Part shown: piece after piece, positions 44,712 to 54,296 of the stretch
Layout: every line of letters begins with the position of its first letter
Numbering within the stretch: position 1 is the first letter of the stretch
Source: an uncultured Actinomycetes bacterium
GTDB lineage: Bacteria; Actinomycetota; Thermoleophilia; UBA2241
DNA length: 64,000 bases
Direction: 5' to 3'
Assembly: GCA_963725665.1 (NCBI GenBank)
Contig: CAVRZA010000004.1
Location: 576,001-640,000 of the forward strand
The notes under the pieces: generated by a model
Told to the model about the DNA's origin: nothing
What the model saw: only the letters and a program-made list of their open reading frames with translations
Database searches by the model: none
Translations under genes and position numbers: made by a program

Positions 44712-47367
44712 ACCGCTGCCCCGCCACGGTGCCCGCCTGCTGCGTGTAGCCGTCGACCGGCGCCCGGTCACCGTGCCGCAGGGAACGACCGTCCTGCGTG
44801 CCGCGGAGCTCGCCGGCGTCTACGTCCCTTCGCTGTGCGCGCACAAGGAGCTCTCGCCCTTCGGCGGGTGCCGGTTATGCGTGGTCGAGATCCCCGGGAT
44901 GCGCGGCCTTCCGCTGGCTTGCAGCACGCCCGTCGATGACGCCATGGAAGTCACGACCGACAGTGAGACGTTGCGCGAGATGCGGCGCGAGACCCTCCAG
45001 CTCATCCTCTCGCAGCACCCCTCGAGCTGTCTCGTCTGCGAGGAGAAGGAGGAGTGCCGTCGCAGCCAGACGACGATCCGCAAGGCCGGAGTCTCGACCG
45101 GCTGTCGAAGCTGTCCGAACGACGGCGCCTGCGAGTTGCAGCGTGTGGTGGAGCAGGTCGGGGTCACCGAGATCGGCTACCCGGTCGCCTACCGCGGGCT
45201 CGAGGCCGAGCACGACGACCCGTTCTTCGACCGCGACTACAACCTCTGCATCCTGTGTGGTCGCTGCGTGCGCATGTGCGACGAGGTCCGTGGGGCCTCT
45301 GTGCTCGCCTTCAAGTACCGCGGGCGTAAGACACTCGTCGGCCCGGCGTTCGGCAACTCACACGTGCAGGCCGGCTGCGAGTTCTGCGGCGCCTGCGTGT
45401 CGGTCTGTCCGACGGGGGCACTGGCCGACAAGGTCTCGAAGTGGGACGGCCGTCCAGACGGGGTGGAGGAGTCGACGTGTCCCTTCTGCTGCCTGGGGTG
45501 TCGGCTCGAACTGGCGCACACCGCCGGCGCGCTCTCCTTCGCGCGCGGCGCCCACGACGCCGAGATCAACGACGGCCAGCTCTGCGTGCGCGGCCGCTTC
45601 TGTCTGCCCGAGACGACCCGCCACTACGCTCGCGCTCGCAGGCCGATGGTCCGCAGGGGCGAGTACTTCCGCGTCGCGAGCTGGGACGAGGCGCTGGGCG
45701 AGGTGGCCGAGCGGCTGCGCCAGGTCGCGCCGGACGAGCTGCTCATGCTCGTCTCGAGCGACCTGGCGAACGAGGGCCTCTTCGCCGCCCAGCGCCTCTT
45801 CCGTTCGGGACTGAGCTCGAACGGCATCGACTCCACGGCCCGCGCCTCTCTGCCCGGCGGTTCCGCGCTGTGGTCGCGCCTCTTCTCACTGCCCATCTCG
45901 CTGCGAGAGCTCGGCGAAGCCGATGCGGTGATCGTCGCCGGGCTCGACACGCGCTTCTCCTTCTCGGTGGTCGGGGTGCAGATCCGGCGCTCCCTGCGTC
46001 GCGGGGCGAGGTTGGTGGCGGTCGACGCCCGCGAGTCGAACCTGGCGCGGGTGGCCGACCACTGGCTGCGGGCGCGCCCTGGCGAGGAGGCCCGGGTGCT
46101 CGCCGCGCTGGTGCGCTCTCTCGACGGCGGCGGCGAGCCGGCTGCGGAGGCGGCGCGGGGCGCCGTCGCCGAGGGCTCGCTCGCCGCCGCCGTGCGACAC
46201 GTAGACCGCGCACCTGCGCTCGCCGTCGTGATGGGGCCGCGCGTCTTCGACTGTCCCGGGGCGAGTGACCTGGTCTCCGATCTCGAAGCCTTGGCCAGGC
46301 ACGAGGGAACCACGTTCTTGCCCCTGGCCCACGGCGCCAACGTGCGCGGCGCGCTGGAGCTCGGGGCGCTCTGGGAGGTGCTCCCCGGTCCGCGCCCTGC
46401 CGGTCCCCAGCGCGCCGAATCTCGAGGTGCGGGCCTTGCCGACATCGGTCGCGGCTGGCGACCCAAGGTGCTGCACCTCGTCGGCGAGGCGCCCTTCACC
46501 GCCCGGCCGGACTGTGACTTCGTGATCGCCCAGGACCTCTATCTGCCGCCCTTCGCCGTGGATGTGTTCCTGCCGGCGGCCTCGTTCACCGAGGCCGAAG
46601 GCACTCTCACGAACATCGAGGGCCGGGTGCAGGAGTTGCGCCGGGTCGAACACGCGCCGGCGGGCGTGGCGCCCGGGCAGGCCCTCGCCGACTGGCAGAT
46701 CTTCTCGGACATCGCCGGCAGACTCGGGCGCGCGGACCTGCAGTATGCGGACGCCGGCGCTGTGAGGGCGGCGATTCGCGCTGAGGTGCCCGGCTTCTCC
46801 GGCGAGCTCGACCGGTCGCCGCGACGGATGTGGCCGATGACCGTCGACGCCGAAGAGGCGTCGGGCGATGGAGCAGGCGCGGTGGGGGCGTCGCCGTCCG
46901 GGGCAGCGGGTGAACCGCCCGCGGACAAGGGTCGCTTCTTGCTCGTGCCGGAGCAGTCATCCTTCCGCCACCGCGGCATCGATCTCGCGGCCGTCGTCGA
47001 GGGACTCGGTGAGCTCCACCTCGAGGAGGGGCTGCGCATGAATCCCGACGACATCGCGCGTCTCGGGGTCGTCGCCGGAGAGGCAGTGACGGTCACCCTG
47101 CGGGGCACCGACCTAGTCTTCCCTGCCCGGTCCGACCCTGAGTGCCCGCGCGGCGCCGCCTATGTCTCGTGGTCCGGGGCGTGGGGTCGGCCGGAGGACG
47201 CAGCCGCCCGGTCCGCTCCCGAGCTCCTCGCCGGGCTGCCCATGCGACCGGTGCGCGTGCGCATCAGTGCCGGCGACCGATCGCGCCCGTCGGGGTCGCC
47301 GAGGGCGTCGGGCGACGGGCGCGATCGGACCAAAGCGCGAGGGGGTGGCCATGGTCCCCGTGGTTGA
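44701..47367 (+). CDS. NuoG/FdhA-like multi-Fe-S subunit with a molybdopterin-oxidoreductase fold, lacking the FDH Cys/Sec-His
   Basis: GGCRLC, HPSSCLVC, CILCGRCVRMC, CEFCGACVSVCP, CPFCCLGC and DVFLPAASFTEAEGTLTNIEGRVQ; NGIDSTARASL at the ligand site. Confidence 0.85.
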   Translation: MWTEPLPRHGARLLRVAVDRRPVTVPQGTTVLRAAELAGVYVPSLCAHKELSPFGGCRLCVVEIPGMRGLPLACSTPVDDAMEVTTDSETLREMRRETLQLILSQHPSSCLVCEEKEECRRSQTTIRKAGVSTGCRSCPNDGACELQRVVEQVGVTEIGYPVAYRGLEAEHDDPFFDRDYNLCILCGRCVRMCDEVRGASVLAFKYRGRKTLVGPAFGNSHVQAGCEFCGACVSVCPTGALADKVSKWDGRPDGVEESTCPFCCLGCRLELAHTAGALSFARGAHDAEINDGQLCVRGRFCLPETTRHYARARRPMVRRGEYFRVASWDEALGEVAERLRQVAPDELLMLVSSDLANEGLFAAQRLFRSGLSSNGIDSTARASLPGGSALWSRLFSLPISLRELGEADAVIVAGLDTRFSFSVVGVQIRRSLRRGARLVAVDARESNLARVADHWLRARPGEEARVLAALVRSLDGGGEPAAEAARGAVAEGSLAAAVRHVDRAPALAVVMGPRVFDCPGASDLVSDLEALARHEGTTFLPLAHGANVRGALELGALWEVLPGPRPAGPQRAESRGAGLADIGRGWRPKVLHLVGEAPFTARPDCDFVIAQDLYLPPFAVDVFLPAASFTEAEGTLTNIEGRVQELRRVEHAPAGVAPGQALADWQIFSDIAGRLGRADLQYADAGAVRAAIRAEVPGFSGELDRSPRRMWPMTVDAEEASGDGAGAVGASPSGAAGEPPADKGRFLLVPEQSSFRHRGIDLAAVVEGLGELHLEEGLRMNPDDIARLGVVAGEAVTVTLRGTDLVFPARSDPECPRGAAYVSWSGAWGRPEDAAARSAPELLAGLPMRPVRVRISAGDRSRPSGSPRASGDGRDRTKARGGGHGPRG

Positions 47368-48184
47368 GCGGCGCATGATCGTCCCCAACCTCCATGTGCT
47401 CACCGTTGAGGCGCCCGAGGTAGCCGAGGCCGCTCGCCCGGGCAACTTCGTGATCCTGCGCCCCGATGAGCAAGGTGAGCGCATCCCGCTCACGCTCGCC
47501 GACTGGGACACCGCCGCGGGCACGGCCACCTCAGTCTTCGTGCAGGTCGGCGCCTCGACGGCGAAGCTCGCGCGGCTCAGGCCAGGCGACACGATCCCCT
47601 CGTACGCGGGCCCGCTCGGCAACGAGACCGAGATCGGGGAGTTCGGCACCGTGCTGCTGATCGGCGGCTGCTACGGGATCGGCAGCATCCGCCCGATCGC
47701 GCGAGCGTTGCGGGCGGCCGGCAATCGCGTCGTTGCGCTCGTCGAGGCGCGCAGCTCCTACCTTCTCTATTGGGAGGATCGGCTGCGCGAGGTGTGCGAC
47801 CGGGTGATCGTCGTCACGCGCGACGGCAGCCGTGGCTACAAGGGGCACGTGACACGGCTGGGCGAGATCCTCGACCTGGAGGGGATCAGGCCGGAGCGCA
47901 TCATCGCCCACGGCTGCACCTATCAGATGATGGAGGTCTCGCGCCAGAGCCGGCCGCTCGACATCAAGACGATCGTCAGCATGAACCCCATCATGATCGA
48001 CGGCACCGGCATGTGCGGCGTGTGTCGTCTGACCGTCGCCGGCAAGACCAAGTTCGCCTGCGTCGACGGCCCCGAGTTCGACGGCCACGAGGTGGACTGG
48101 GAGGAGTTCCTCGCGCGGCGCGAGAGCTACAACGCCGAAGAAGTCGAGCCGCTTCACCGCAGCGGCTGCGCGTCTCATTTCTAG
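47351..48184 (+). CDS. nfnA: NfnA/SudB-like small subunit
   Basis: GERIPLTLAD, GPLG and MIDGTGMCGVCR...CVDGPEFD. Confidence 0.9.
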   Translation: MVPVVERRMIVPNLHVLTVEAPEVAEAARPGNFVILRPDEQGERIPLTLADWDTAAGTATSVFVQVGASTAKLARLRPGDTIPSYAGPLGNETEIGEFGTVLLIGGCYGIGSIRPIARALRAAGNRVVALVEARSSYLLYWEDRLREVCDRVIVVTRDGSRGYKGHVTRLGEILDLEGIRPERIIAHGCTYQMMEVSRQSRPLDIKTIVSMNPIMIDGTGMCGVCRLTVAGKTKFACVDGPEFDGHEVDWEEFLARRESYNAEEVEPLHRSGCASHF

Positions 48185-48204
48185 CAAGGGGAGCTGAGGG
48201 ACAC

Positions 48205-49595
48205 GTGGGCAAGGTCGACTACGTGAGACGGGCGATGCCGAAGCAGGAGCCCTTCGAGCGTGTGCGCAACTTCGACGAGGTGGCCCTGGGCTACACCGCC
48301 GATCTGGCCGTGGAGGAGGCTCGCGCTGCCTTGCCTGCAAGAAGCCCGGCTGCGTGGACGGCTGTCCGGTCGGCATCGACATCCCGGCCTTCATCGGCCA
48401 CATCGCCGCGGGCGACTTCGCCGCCGGTATCCGCACAGTCAAGCAGACCAACGCGCTGCCCGCCGTGTGCGGACGGGTCTGTCCGCAGGAGGAGCAGTGC
48501 GAAAGCAACTGCGTGCTGGGCAAGAAGGGCGATCCGCTGGCGATCGGCCGGCTCGAGCGCTTCGTGGCCGACTGGGAGGCCGGGGAGGGGGCGGGAGAGG
48601 CTCCGCCTCTCCCGCCCCTCAACGGCCACCAAGTGGCCGTCGTCGGCTCCGGGCCGGCGGGCATCACCGTGGCCGCCGACTTGGCCCTGCTCGGCTACGA
48701 GGTGACCATGTTCGAGGCCCTGCACGAGGCCGGCGGCGTGCTCACCTACGGCATCCCCGAGTTCCGCCTGCCGAAGGCCATCGTGAGGCGCGAGGTGGCG
48801 TACGTGCGCAGCCTCGGCGTCAAACTGCACCTCGACTACATCGTCGGCAAGACGCGCACCATCGACCGCCTGCTCGGCGCCTTCGATGCCATCTTCGTGG
48901 GAGCCGGAGCCGGGCTGCCGTGGTTCCTCGAGATCCCGGGCGAGAACCTGAACGGCGTCTACTCGGCCAACGAGTACCTGACGCGCTGCAACCTCATGCA
49001 TGGCTTTCGCTTCCCGGCCTACGACACCCCCTTGAAGCGGCCCGCCAGGGTGGCCGTCTTCGGCGGCGGGAACGTGGCCATGGACTCGGCGCGCACCGCG
49101 CTCCGGCTCGGGGCCGATGAGGTGCACATCGTCTACCGCCGCAGCCGGGCGGAGCTTCCCGCCCGTGCCGAGGAGGTGGAGAACGCCGAGGAGGAGGGGG
49201 TCATCTTCGACTTTCTCACCCTGCCGGTACGGATCATCGGCGACGATCGCGGCTGGCTCTCTGAGATCGAGTGCCGGCGCATGGAACTGGGCGAGCCCGA
49301 TGCCTCCGGACGTCGGCGCCCCATCGAGGTCCCGGGCTCGGAGTTCCGTCTGCGGATGGATGCCTCGGTGTGCGCCATCGGCAACAGCCCGAACCCCTTG
49401 ATCTCCATGACGACGCCCGGTCTCGAGGTGGGCAAGCGCGGCAACATCGTGGCCGCCGATGAGACGGGCCGGACCTCACGCGACCGCGTCTGGGCCGGCG
49501 GCGACGTGGTCACCGGAGCTGCCACGGTGATCAGCGCCATGGGAGCGGGCCGCAGAGCGGCCCGCTCGATGCACGAGACGCTCTCAGCCGGCTGA
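48205..49595 (+). CDS. nfnB: NfnB/SudA (GltD-like) large subunit; one-base deletion near 48323
   Basis: RVRNFDEVALGY, then CLACKKPGCVDGCPV, CGRVCPQEEQC, GSGPAG, GGGNVAMD and VYRRS. Confidence 0.9.
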
Positions 49596-49653
49596 CGCGG
49601 AGCGCGCGACCGGCGGCAACGTCAGACCAACGGCCGTCCGACCGCGGAGGTCG

Positions 49654-50481
49654 TCAGGCCAGCCAGTCGCGCAGGGCGCTCAGGTACTCCTCTGGCCGCT
49701 CGGCGAAGGGAAAGTGCCCGGCGTCGTCGATGATGGCCGCTGTCCCCTGGGGCGCCAGGCGGGCGATCTCCTCGCTTGCCTCGGGGGGGATCGAGCGGTC
49801 CAGCGCTCCGCCGATGGCCAGGACCGGCGTGCGGCTGCGCGCCAGCTCGGCCCGCACGTCGAAGGTCTCGTCGGGCCCCTCGGTGGTGTAGATGGCCGGC
49901 TGGAAGACGACGCGCTCGAGCGCCGCCGTGAGGCGCTCGAGCGCGTCCCCCCGAGGGTCGGCCACGAAGAACGGCATCTCGTCGGCCCACACGCGGCGGC
50001 AGTCGTCGGGCGTCCGCACCTTGGATTCGCGGTCGAAGGCCGCCTGTACCTGCCCGCGGAGCGCGGCAGGCTCGAAGCCCGCCAGCCTGTCGCGCATCGT
50101 GTGCAGCCAGGTCTCTGAGGCGGCGCCGCACGAGGCTACGACGCGCGCCGCCGCCCCCGGGTGGCGTGCAAGGTGAGTCAGCGCCACGAAGGAGCCGAAG
50201 GAATGCCCGAGGAGCGTGTACTCCCGGAGCTCCAGAGCACTCGCGAAGGCAGCGACGGTGTCCGCGTAGCTCGTCAGGGTCCAGTCGCTCGGTTGACCTT
50301 GGTCGGAGCGTCCGTTGCCGGGCAGATCGAGGGCGATCAACCTGTGGCGCTCGCCGAGCGGCTCAAGGAAGGGAAAGAAGATGCTCCCGTCGAGCCCGGG
50401 TCCGGGGTGCAACAGCACGAGCGGCTTGCCCGAACCGGCTTCGCGCCAGTGCAGGCGCAGGCCGTTTACGACGACCTCCAT
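49654..50481 (-). CDS. Alpha/beta hydrolase (proline-iminopeptidase-like)
   Basis: LHPGPG, GHSFG nucleophile elbow and AGHFPFAE. Confidence 0.9.
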   Translation of the reverse strand: MEVVVNGLRLHWREAGSGKPLVLLHPGPGLDGSIFFPFLEPLGERHRLIALDLPGNGRSDQGQPSDWTLTSYADTVAAFASALELREYTLLGHSFGSFVALTHLARHPGAAARVVASCGAASETWLHTMRDRLAGFEPAALRGQVQAAFDRESKVRTPDDCRRVWADEMPFFVADPRGDALERLTAALERVVFQPAIYTTEGPDETFDVRAELARSRTPVLAIGGALDRSIPPEASEEIARLAPQGTAAIIDDAGHFPFAERPEEYLSALRDWLA

Positions 50482-50660
50482 AGTGGCTGTATGGGCGCCG
50501 AGGCTCCATGCGAAACGCGACACCCGCCGGCCAGGCATACGCCGACACCTCACGAAGGAGCTGCCGCCCGCGCGGGCACCACGGGCGGGCGCAGCTCCGC
50601 CACCGCGGCTTGAGTACTAAGTCCCCGCCCATGCCAGTGCCCGTATGGTAGAGTGCGCCC

Positions 50661-51155
50661 ATGGCTCTCGGGGATCGCATTACGGCATCCGTGGCCGACG
50701 TTCGTGCCCACGCGCAGCGGCTGGTGCAATTGAACGTCGAGTTGCTCAAGGCCGAGATGCAGAAGAAGGGACAGCAGTACGGCACTGCGGTGGGCCTTCT
50801 CGTCGCTGCCGCTGTGCTCGCTCTTTATGCGCTGGGCTTCCTTCTGGCCACGATCGTCGCCGCGCTCGACCTTGTGTTGCCGCTCTGGCTCGCGCTCCTG
50901 ATCGTGACGCTGGCCTTGTTCGTCATCGTCGCGATTCTCATAGCTGTTGGAAGGAGCAAACTGAGGCAGGCGAAGACACCGGCGCCGCAGGGCGCCATCG
51001 GCGAAGCGCAGAACACGGTCGGCCAGCTGCGCAGCGGCATGAAGAAGACCCTGGACAGCGTCGGCGCTGGCGCCACGAAGGAGCAGACGACGGCGACCAC
51101 CACAACGGCGCCGCCGCCATCGGCAGCAGGCCCATCGCCGAGGGAGGGCTCCTGA
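50661..51155 (+). CDS. YqjE/holin-X family two-TM membrane protein
   Basis: LVQLNVELLKAEM motif, two TMs, PLWLALLIV; TGG-TAGAGT extended -10 box 6 nt upstream. Confidence 0.8.
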   Translation: MALGDRITASVADVRAHAQRLVQLNVELLKAEMQKKGQQYGTAVGLLVAAAVLALYALGFLLATIVAALDLVLPLWLALLIVTLALFVIVAILIAVGRSKLRQAKTPAPQGAIGEAQNTVGQLRSGMKKTLDSVGAGATKEQTTATTTTAPPPSAAGPSPREGS

Positions 51156-51448
51156 TGGCAGAGGACACCCGGCTGCCGACGGGCGACGCTCAGTCACGGG
51201 GTGGGTCCACTTCCAGCCGCAGCGTCGACCAGATCTCACGCGACATCAAGGGAGAGCGAGCCGCGCTCGAGAAGTCATTCGCCGATCTGCAGCGAGACGT
51301 CGAGCAGGCCGTCGTGCAGATCAGGCATCAGGTGACCAGCGCTGGGCGCAAGGCGCTCGTCATCGCCCCTGTGATCGGCGTCGCCGCAGGGGGGCTCGTA
51401 GCCGGGGTCGTCCTGTTGGGCCGTCGCCGCCGCGACAAGGGCGACTGA
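51155..51448 (+). CDS. DUF3618-like small protein with a C-terminal TM
   Basis: RSVDQISRDIKGERAAL motif; TGATG coupling to the holin-X gene. Confidence 0.65.
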   Translation: MAEDTRLPTGDAQSRGGSTSSRSVDQISRDIKGERAALEKSFADLQRDVEQAVVQIRHQVTSAGRKALVIAPVIGVAAGGLVAGVVLLGRRRRDKGD

Positions 51449-51756
51449 CGTCAAGTCCGCGGCCGTGCCGCGGTCGGTGTCCCTTGTTCTTCATGTTCTC
51501 GCGAGCACGCTCACCAGCGCGCTGACTCCGGCCGTGCGAACTAGGCCATCCTGAGGATTGGAGTCCCTACAACGGCGAAACCCCTCTTTTCATCGTACCG
51601 ACTTCGCCATATGCTCATCCCTTACTCATCTCCTGCGGCTGGAGGGGGAGGGTCTCCGGCCACAGGGGCCCGCAGGGGGGCGTTCGATGTCGCACTTGCC
51701 CGTCTGGCCGTCATCATCTCGACGGCTTCCCGCTAGGGCCCACTACTGATACCTCA

Positions 51757-51823
51757 CGCGACCCCAACCCCCCGGGGTCGCGACGATGGGCGGGGGCAGG
51801 CCACGCATGCGTGGCCTGCCCCC
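51757..51823. repeat. 9-bp hairpin followed by a 32-bp perfect palindrome
   Basis: CGCGACCCC/GGGGTCGCG (51757-51782); GGGGGCAGGCCACGCATGCGTGGCCTGCCCCC (51792-51823). Confidence 0.8.
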
Positions 51824-52025
51824 CGCCACGCAAGGCAGCGGTCGGCGGCCTGGGCTCCACGCACCTTCCGATTCCGACAAAAAACAGCGCGCTGTGTTAG
51901 CTACGCGCCGCAGGGGGGAGAACCGCGCGAAAGGGGAGAGCTTTTGTCTTGATTGTGCGGAACGTGCGTGTACGCGCGCCTGAGTCTCTCCGACACGGTC
52001 ACCGACTCATCACGGGGGTAGTGCC

Positions 52026-54287
52026 ATGAGGTCCATCTTCTCGACTGGAGGGCTCGCGCGCGCCAGTGCTCGTCATCCCTGGCTCGTCTTGGGCGTGTGG
52101 GTGCTCGCGGTCGTCGCGGCGGCAGGTTTGATCGCGACGTTGTTCGGCAGCGCCTTTGTCGCCACCAATACCTTCGTGGGCAATCCCGATTCCAAGAAGG
52201 GTCAGACCTTGCTCGAGCAACGTTTGACCGGTCCGGAGAAGGCCACCGAGCTCGTCATCGTGCAGTCGTCGGCTCTCACCGTGCGCGATCCCGCCTTCAA
52301 ACAGTTCGTTCAGGACCTCTACGGCCGGATCGGCTCGCTCGGTAAGTCGGTCGTGGCCGGGGGCACGACCTTCTATCAGACGGGCGACAAGGGCCTCGTG
52401 TCCAAAGACGGTCGCGCCACGCTGATCCCCATCACGATGTCGGGCTCGCTAAATACCGCCCAGGACAACGTGCCCAAGCTCAACGACATCGTGGCTCAGG
52501 CCGACGGGCAAGGCGGCTTCACGACTCTCGTGACGGGCCAGGCGAGCGTGCAGCACGACTTCTCGAACGTTGCCGGCACCGACCTGCGGCGCGGTGAGTC
52601 GATCGGCGCGCCCATCGCCCTCATCGTGCTGCTGATCGTCTTCGGCGCCGTCGTGGCCGCCACGATCCCGCTCGGCCTGTCGCTGGTGGCGATCACGCTG
52701 GCCATGGCGCTCACGGCCGTCATCGGGTCGATCAGCAACCTGTCAGTGTTCGCCATCAACATCATCAGCATGATGGGCCTCGCGGTCGGCATCGACTACT
52801 CGCTCTTCGTGGTGTCGCGCTTCCGGGAGGAGCGCCTGGGAGGGCGCGACAAGATCGAAGCCATCGGCGTGGCCGGCGATACCGCCACCCGCGCGGTCTT
52901 CTTCAGCGGCATGACCGTCGTCTTCGCGCTGCTGGGCGTGCTCATCGTGCCGACGTCGATCTTCATCAGCCTGGCGGTCGGCGCCATCAGCGTCGTCGTC
53001 ATGGCCGTTCTGGCAGCCCTGACCCTCCTTCCAGCCGTGTTGAGCATTCTCGGCGATCGGATCAACCGGCTGCGGCTGCCGTTCCTTAGCACGGCGCAGA
53101 CCGGCGGGCCGGGCGAGGAGGAGCGCGAGCGCTTCTGGGCGCGCTTCTCGCACCGCATCATGCGCCGGCCGCGCCTGGCGCTGGTGGTGGCCGTCGGTGT
53201 CCTGCTCGCGCTCGCCTCGCCCGTGTTGACCATGCACACGGGCGCCACGGGTGTGGGCTCGCTGCCCAACAACCTCGAGTCGAAGCAGGGTTTCCTGGCG
53301 CTGAACCGCAACTTCATCGCGGGGGCTCTCAACCCAGTGCAGATCGTGGTCGACGGCAACGTCAACTCGGCGGCGGTCAAGGGAGCCATAGCCGGCCTCG
53401 AGACGCGACTCGCAAGCCGGCCGGTCTTCGGCCCGCTGCAGGTGCAGCCTTCTCCACGCGGAGACCTGACGCTCATCCAGACGCCCCTGACAGTCGATCC
53501 TTCGGGTACGGCCGCCACCGCGGCGGTGAAGGACCTGCGTGAGACCCTGATCCCGGCGGCGTTCGCCGGCGTGCCGGCCAACGTCTACGTGACCGGACAG
53601 ACGGCGCTGAACGTCGACTATGTGGGTATCGTGAACACCTACCTGCCGTGGGTGTTCGCCCTGGTGCTCGGCCTCAGCTTCATCCTCCTCATGGTGGCCT
53701 TCCGCTCCCTGGTCGTGCCGGCCACAGCGATCGTGATGAACCTGCTCAGCGTGGGGGCGGCTTACGGCCTGCTGGTGCTGGTCTTCCAGCACGGTGTCGG
53801 GGCGCGCTTGTTCGGCTTCCAGACCGTCCCCTTCATCGAGGCCTGGGTGCCGCTGATGCTCTTCAGTGTCCTGTTCGGCCTCTCCATGGACTACCAGGTC
53901 TTCCTGCTGAGCCGCATCCGGGAGCGCTACGACCACACGGGGGACACGCGGGACGCCGTGGCGCAGGGGATCGGACGTACGGCGGGCCTCATCACGGGTG
54001 CCGCCTTGATCATGGTGGCCGTCTTCGGCGGCGTCGCCACCGGCAACCTGGTCATGTTCCAGCAGATCGGCTTCGGTCTCGCCGTCAGCATCCTCCTAGA
54101 CGCGACGCTGATCCGCGTCGTGCTCGTGCCGTCGGCGATGAGCCTGCTCGGGCGGGCGAACTGGTACCTGCCGCGCTGGCTCGGCTGGCTGCCGCGCGTG
54201 ACGGTGGAGGGGCCTCAGCCGGTGCCCTCGGGCGTTGCCGCCGCGGCGCCGGTCGCCGGCGAGTCCGACGACAAGGCGGCCGCGTAG
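52026..54287 (+). CDS. MMPL family transporter
   Basis: GLAVGIDYSLF...RFREE and FGLSMDYQVFLLSRIRE. Confidence 0.95.
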   Translation: MRSIFSTGGLARASARHPWLVLGVWVLAVVAAAGLIATLFGSAFVATNTFVGNPDSKKGQTLLEQRLTGPEKATELVIVQSSALTVRDPAFKQFVQDLYGRIGSLGKSVVAGGTTFYQTGDKGLVSKDGRATLIPITMSGSLNTAQDNVPKLNDIVAQADGQGGFTTLVTGQASVQHDFSNVAGTDLRRGESIGAPIALIVLLIVFGAVVAATIPLGLSLVAITLAMALTAVIGSISNLSVFAINIISMMGLAVGIDYSLFVVSRFREERLGGRDKIEAIGVAGDTATRAVFFSGMTVVFALLGVLIVPTSIFISLAVGAISVVVMAVLAALTLLPAVLSILGDRINRLRLPFLSTAQTGGPGEEERERFWARFSHRIMRRPRLALVVAVGVLLALASPVLTMHTGATGVGSLPNNLESKQGFLALNRNFIAGALNPVQIVVDGNVNSAAVKGAIAGLETRLASRPVFGPLQVQPSPRGDLTLIQTPLTVDPSGTAATAAVKDLRETLIPAAFAGVPANVYVTGQTALNVDYVGIVNTYLPWVFALVLGLSFILLMVAFRSLVVPATAIVMNLLSVGAAYGLLVLVFQHGVGARLFGFQTVPFIEAWVPLMLFSVLFGLSMDYQVFLLSRIRERYDHTGDTRDAVAQGIGRTAGLITGAALIMVAVFGGVATGNLVMFQQIGFGLAVSILLDATLIRVVLVPSAMSLLGRANWYLPRWLGWLPRVTVEGPQPVPSGVAAAAPVAGESDDKAAA

Positions 54288-54296
54288 CCGGGATGA

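Noticed and set aside
44701-47367. Formate dehydrogenase, [FeFe]-hydrogenase or respiratory complex I call
   Set aside because: No Cys/Sec-His at the Mo ligand site, no H-cluster motifs and no membrane nuo genes.
48182-48207. Amber readthrough fusing nfnA to nfnB
   Set aside because: Different frames, an in-frame TGA follows shortly, and nfnB has its own RBS.
50661-51448. Prophage inferred from the holin-family gene
   Set aside because: The YqjE/holin-X plus DUF3618-like pair is a common chromosomal module and no phage genes are nearby.
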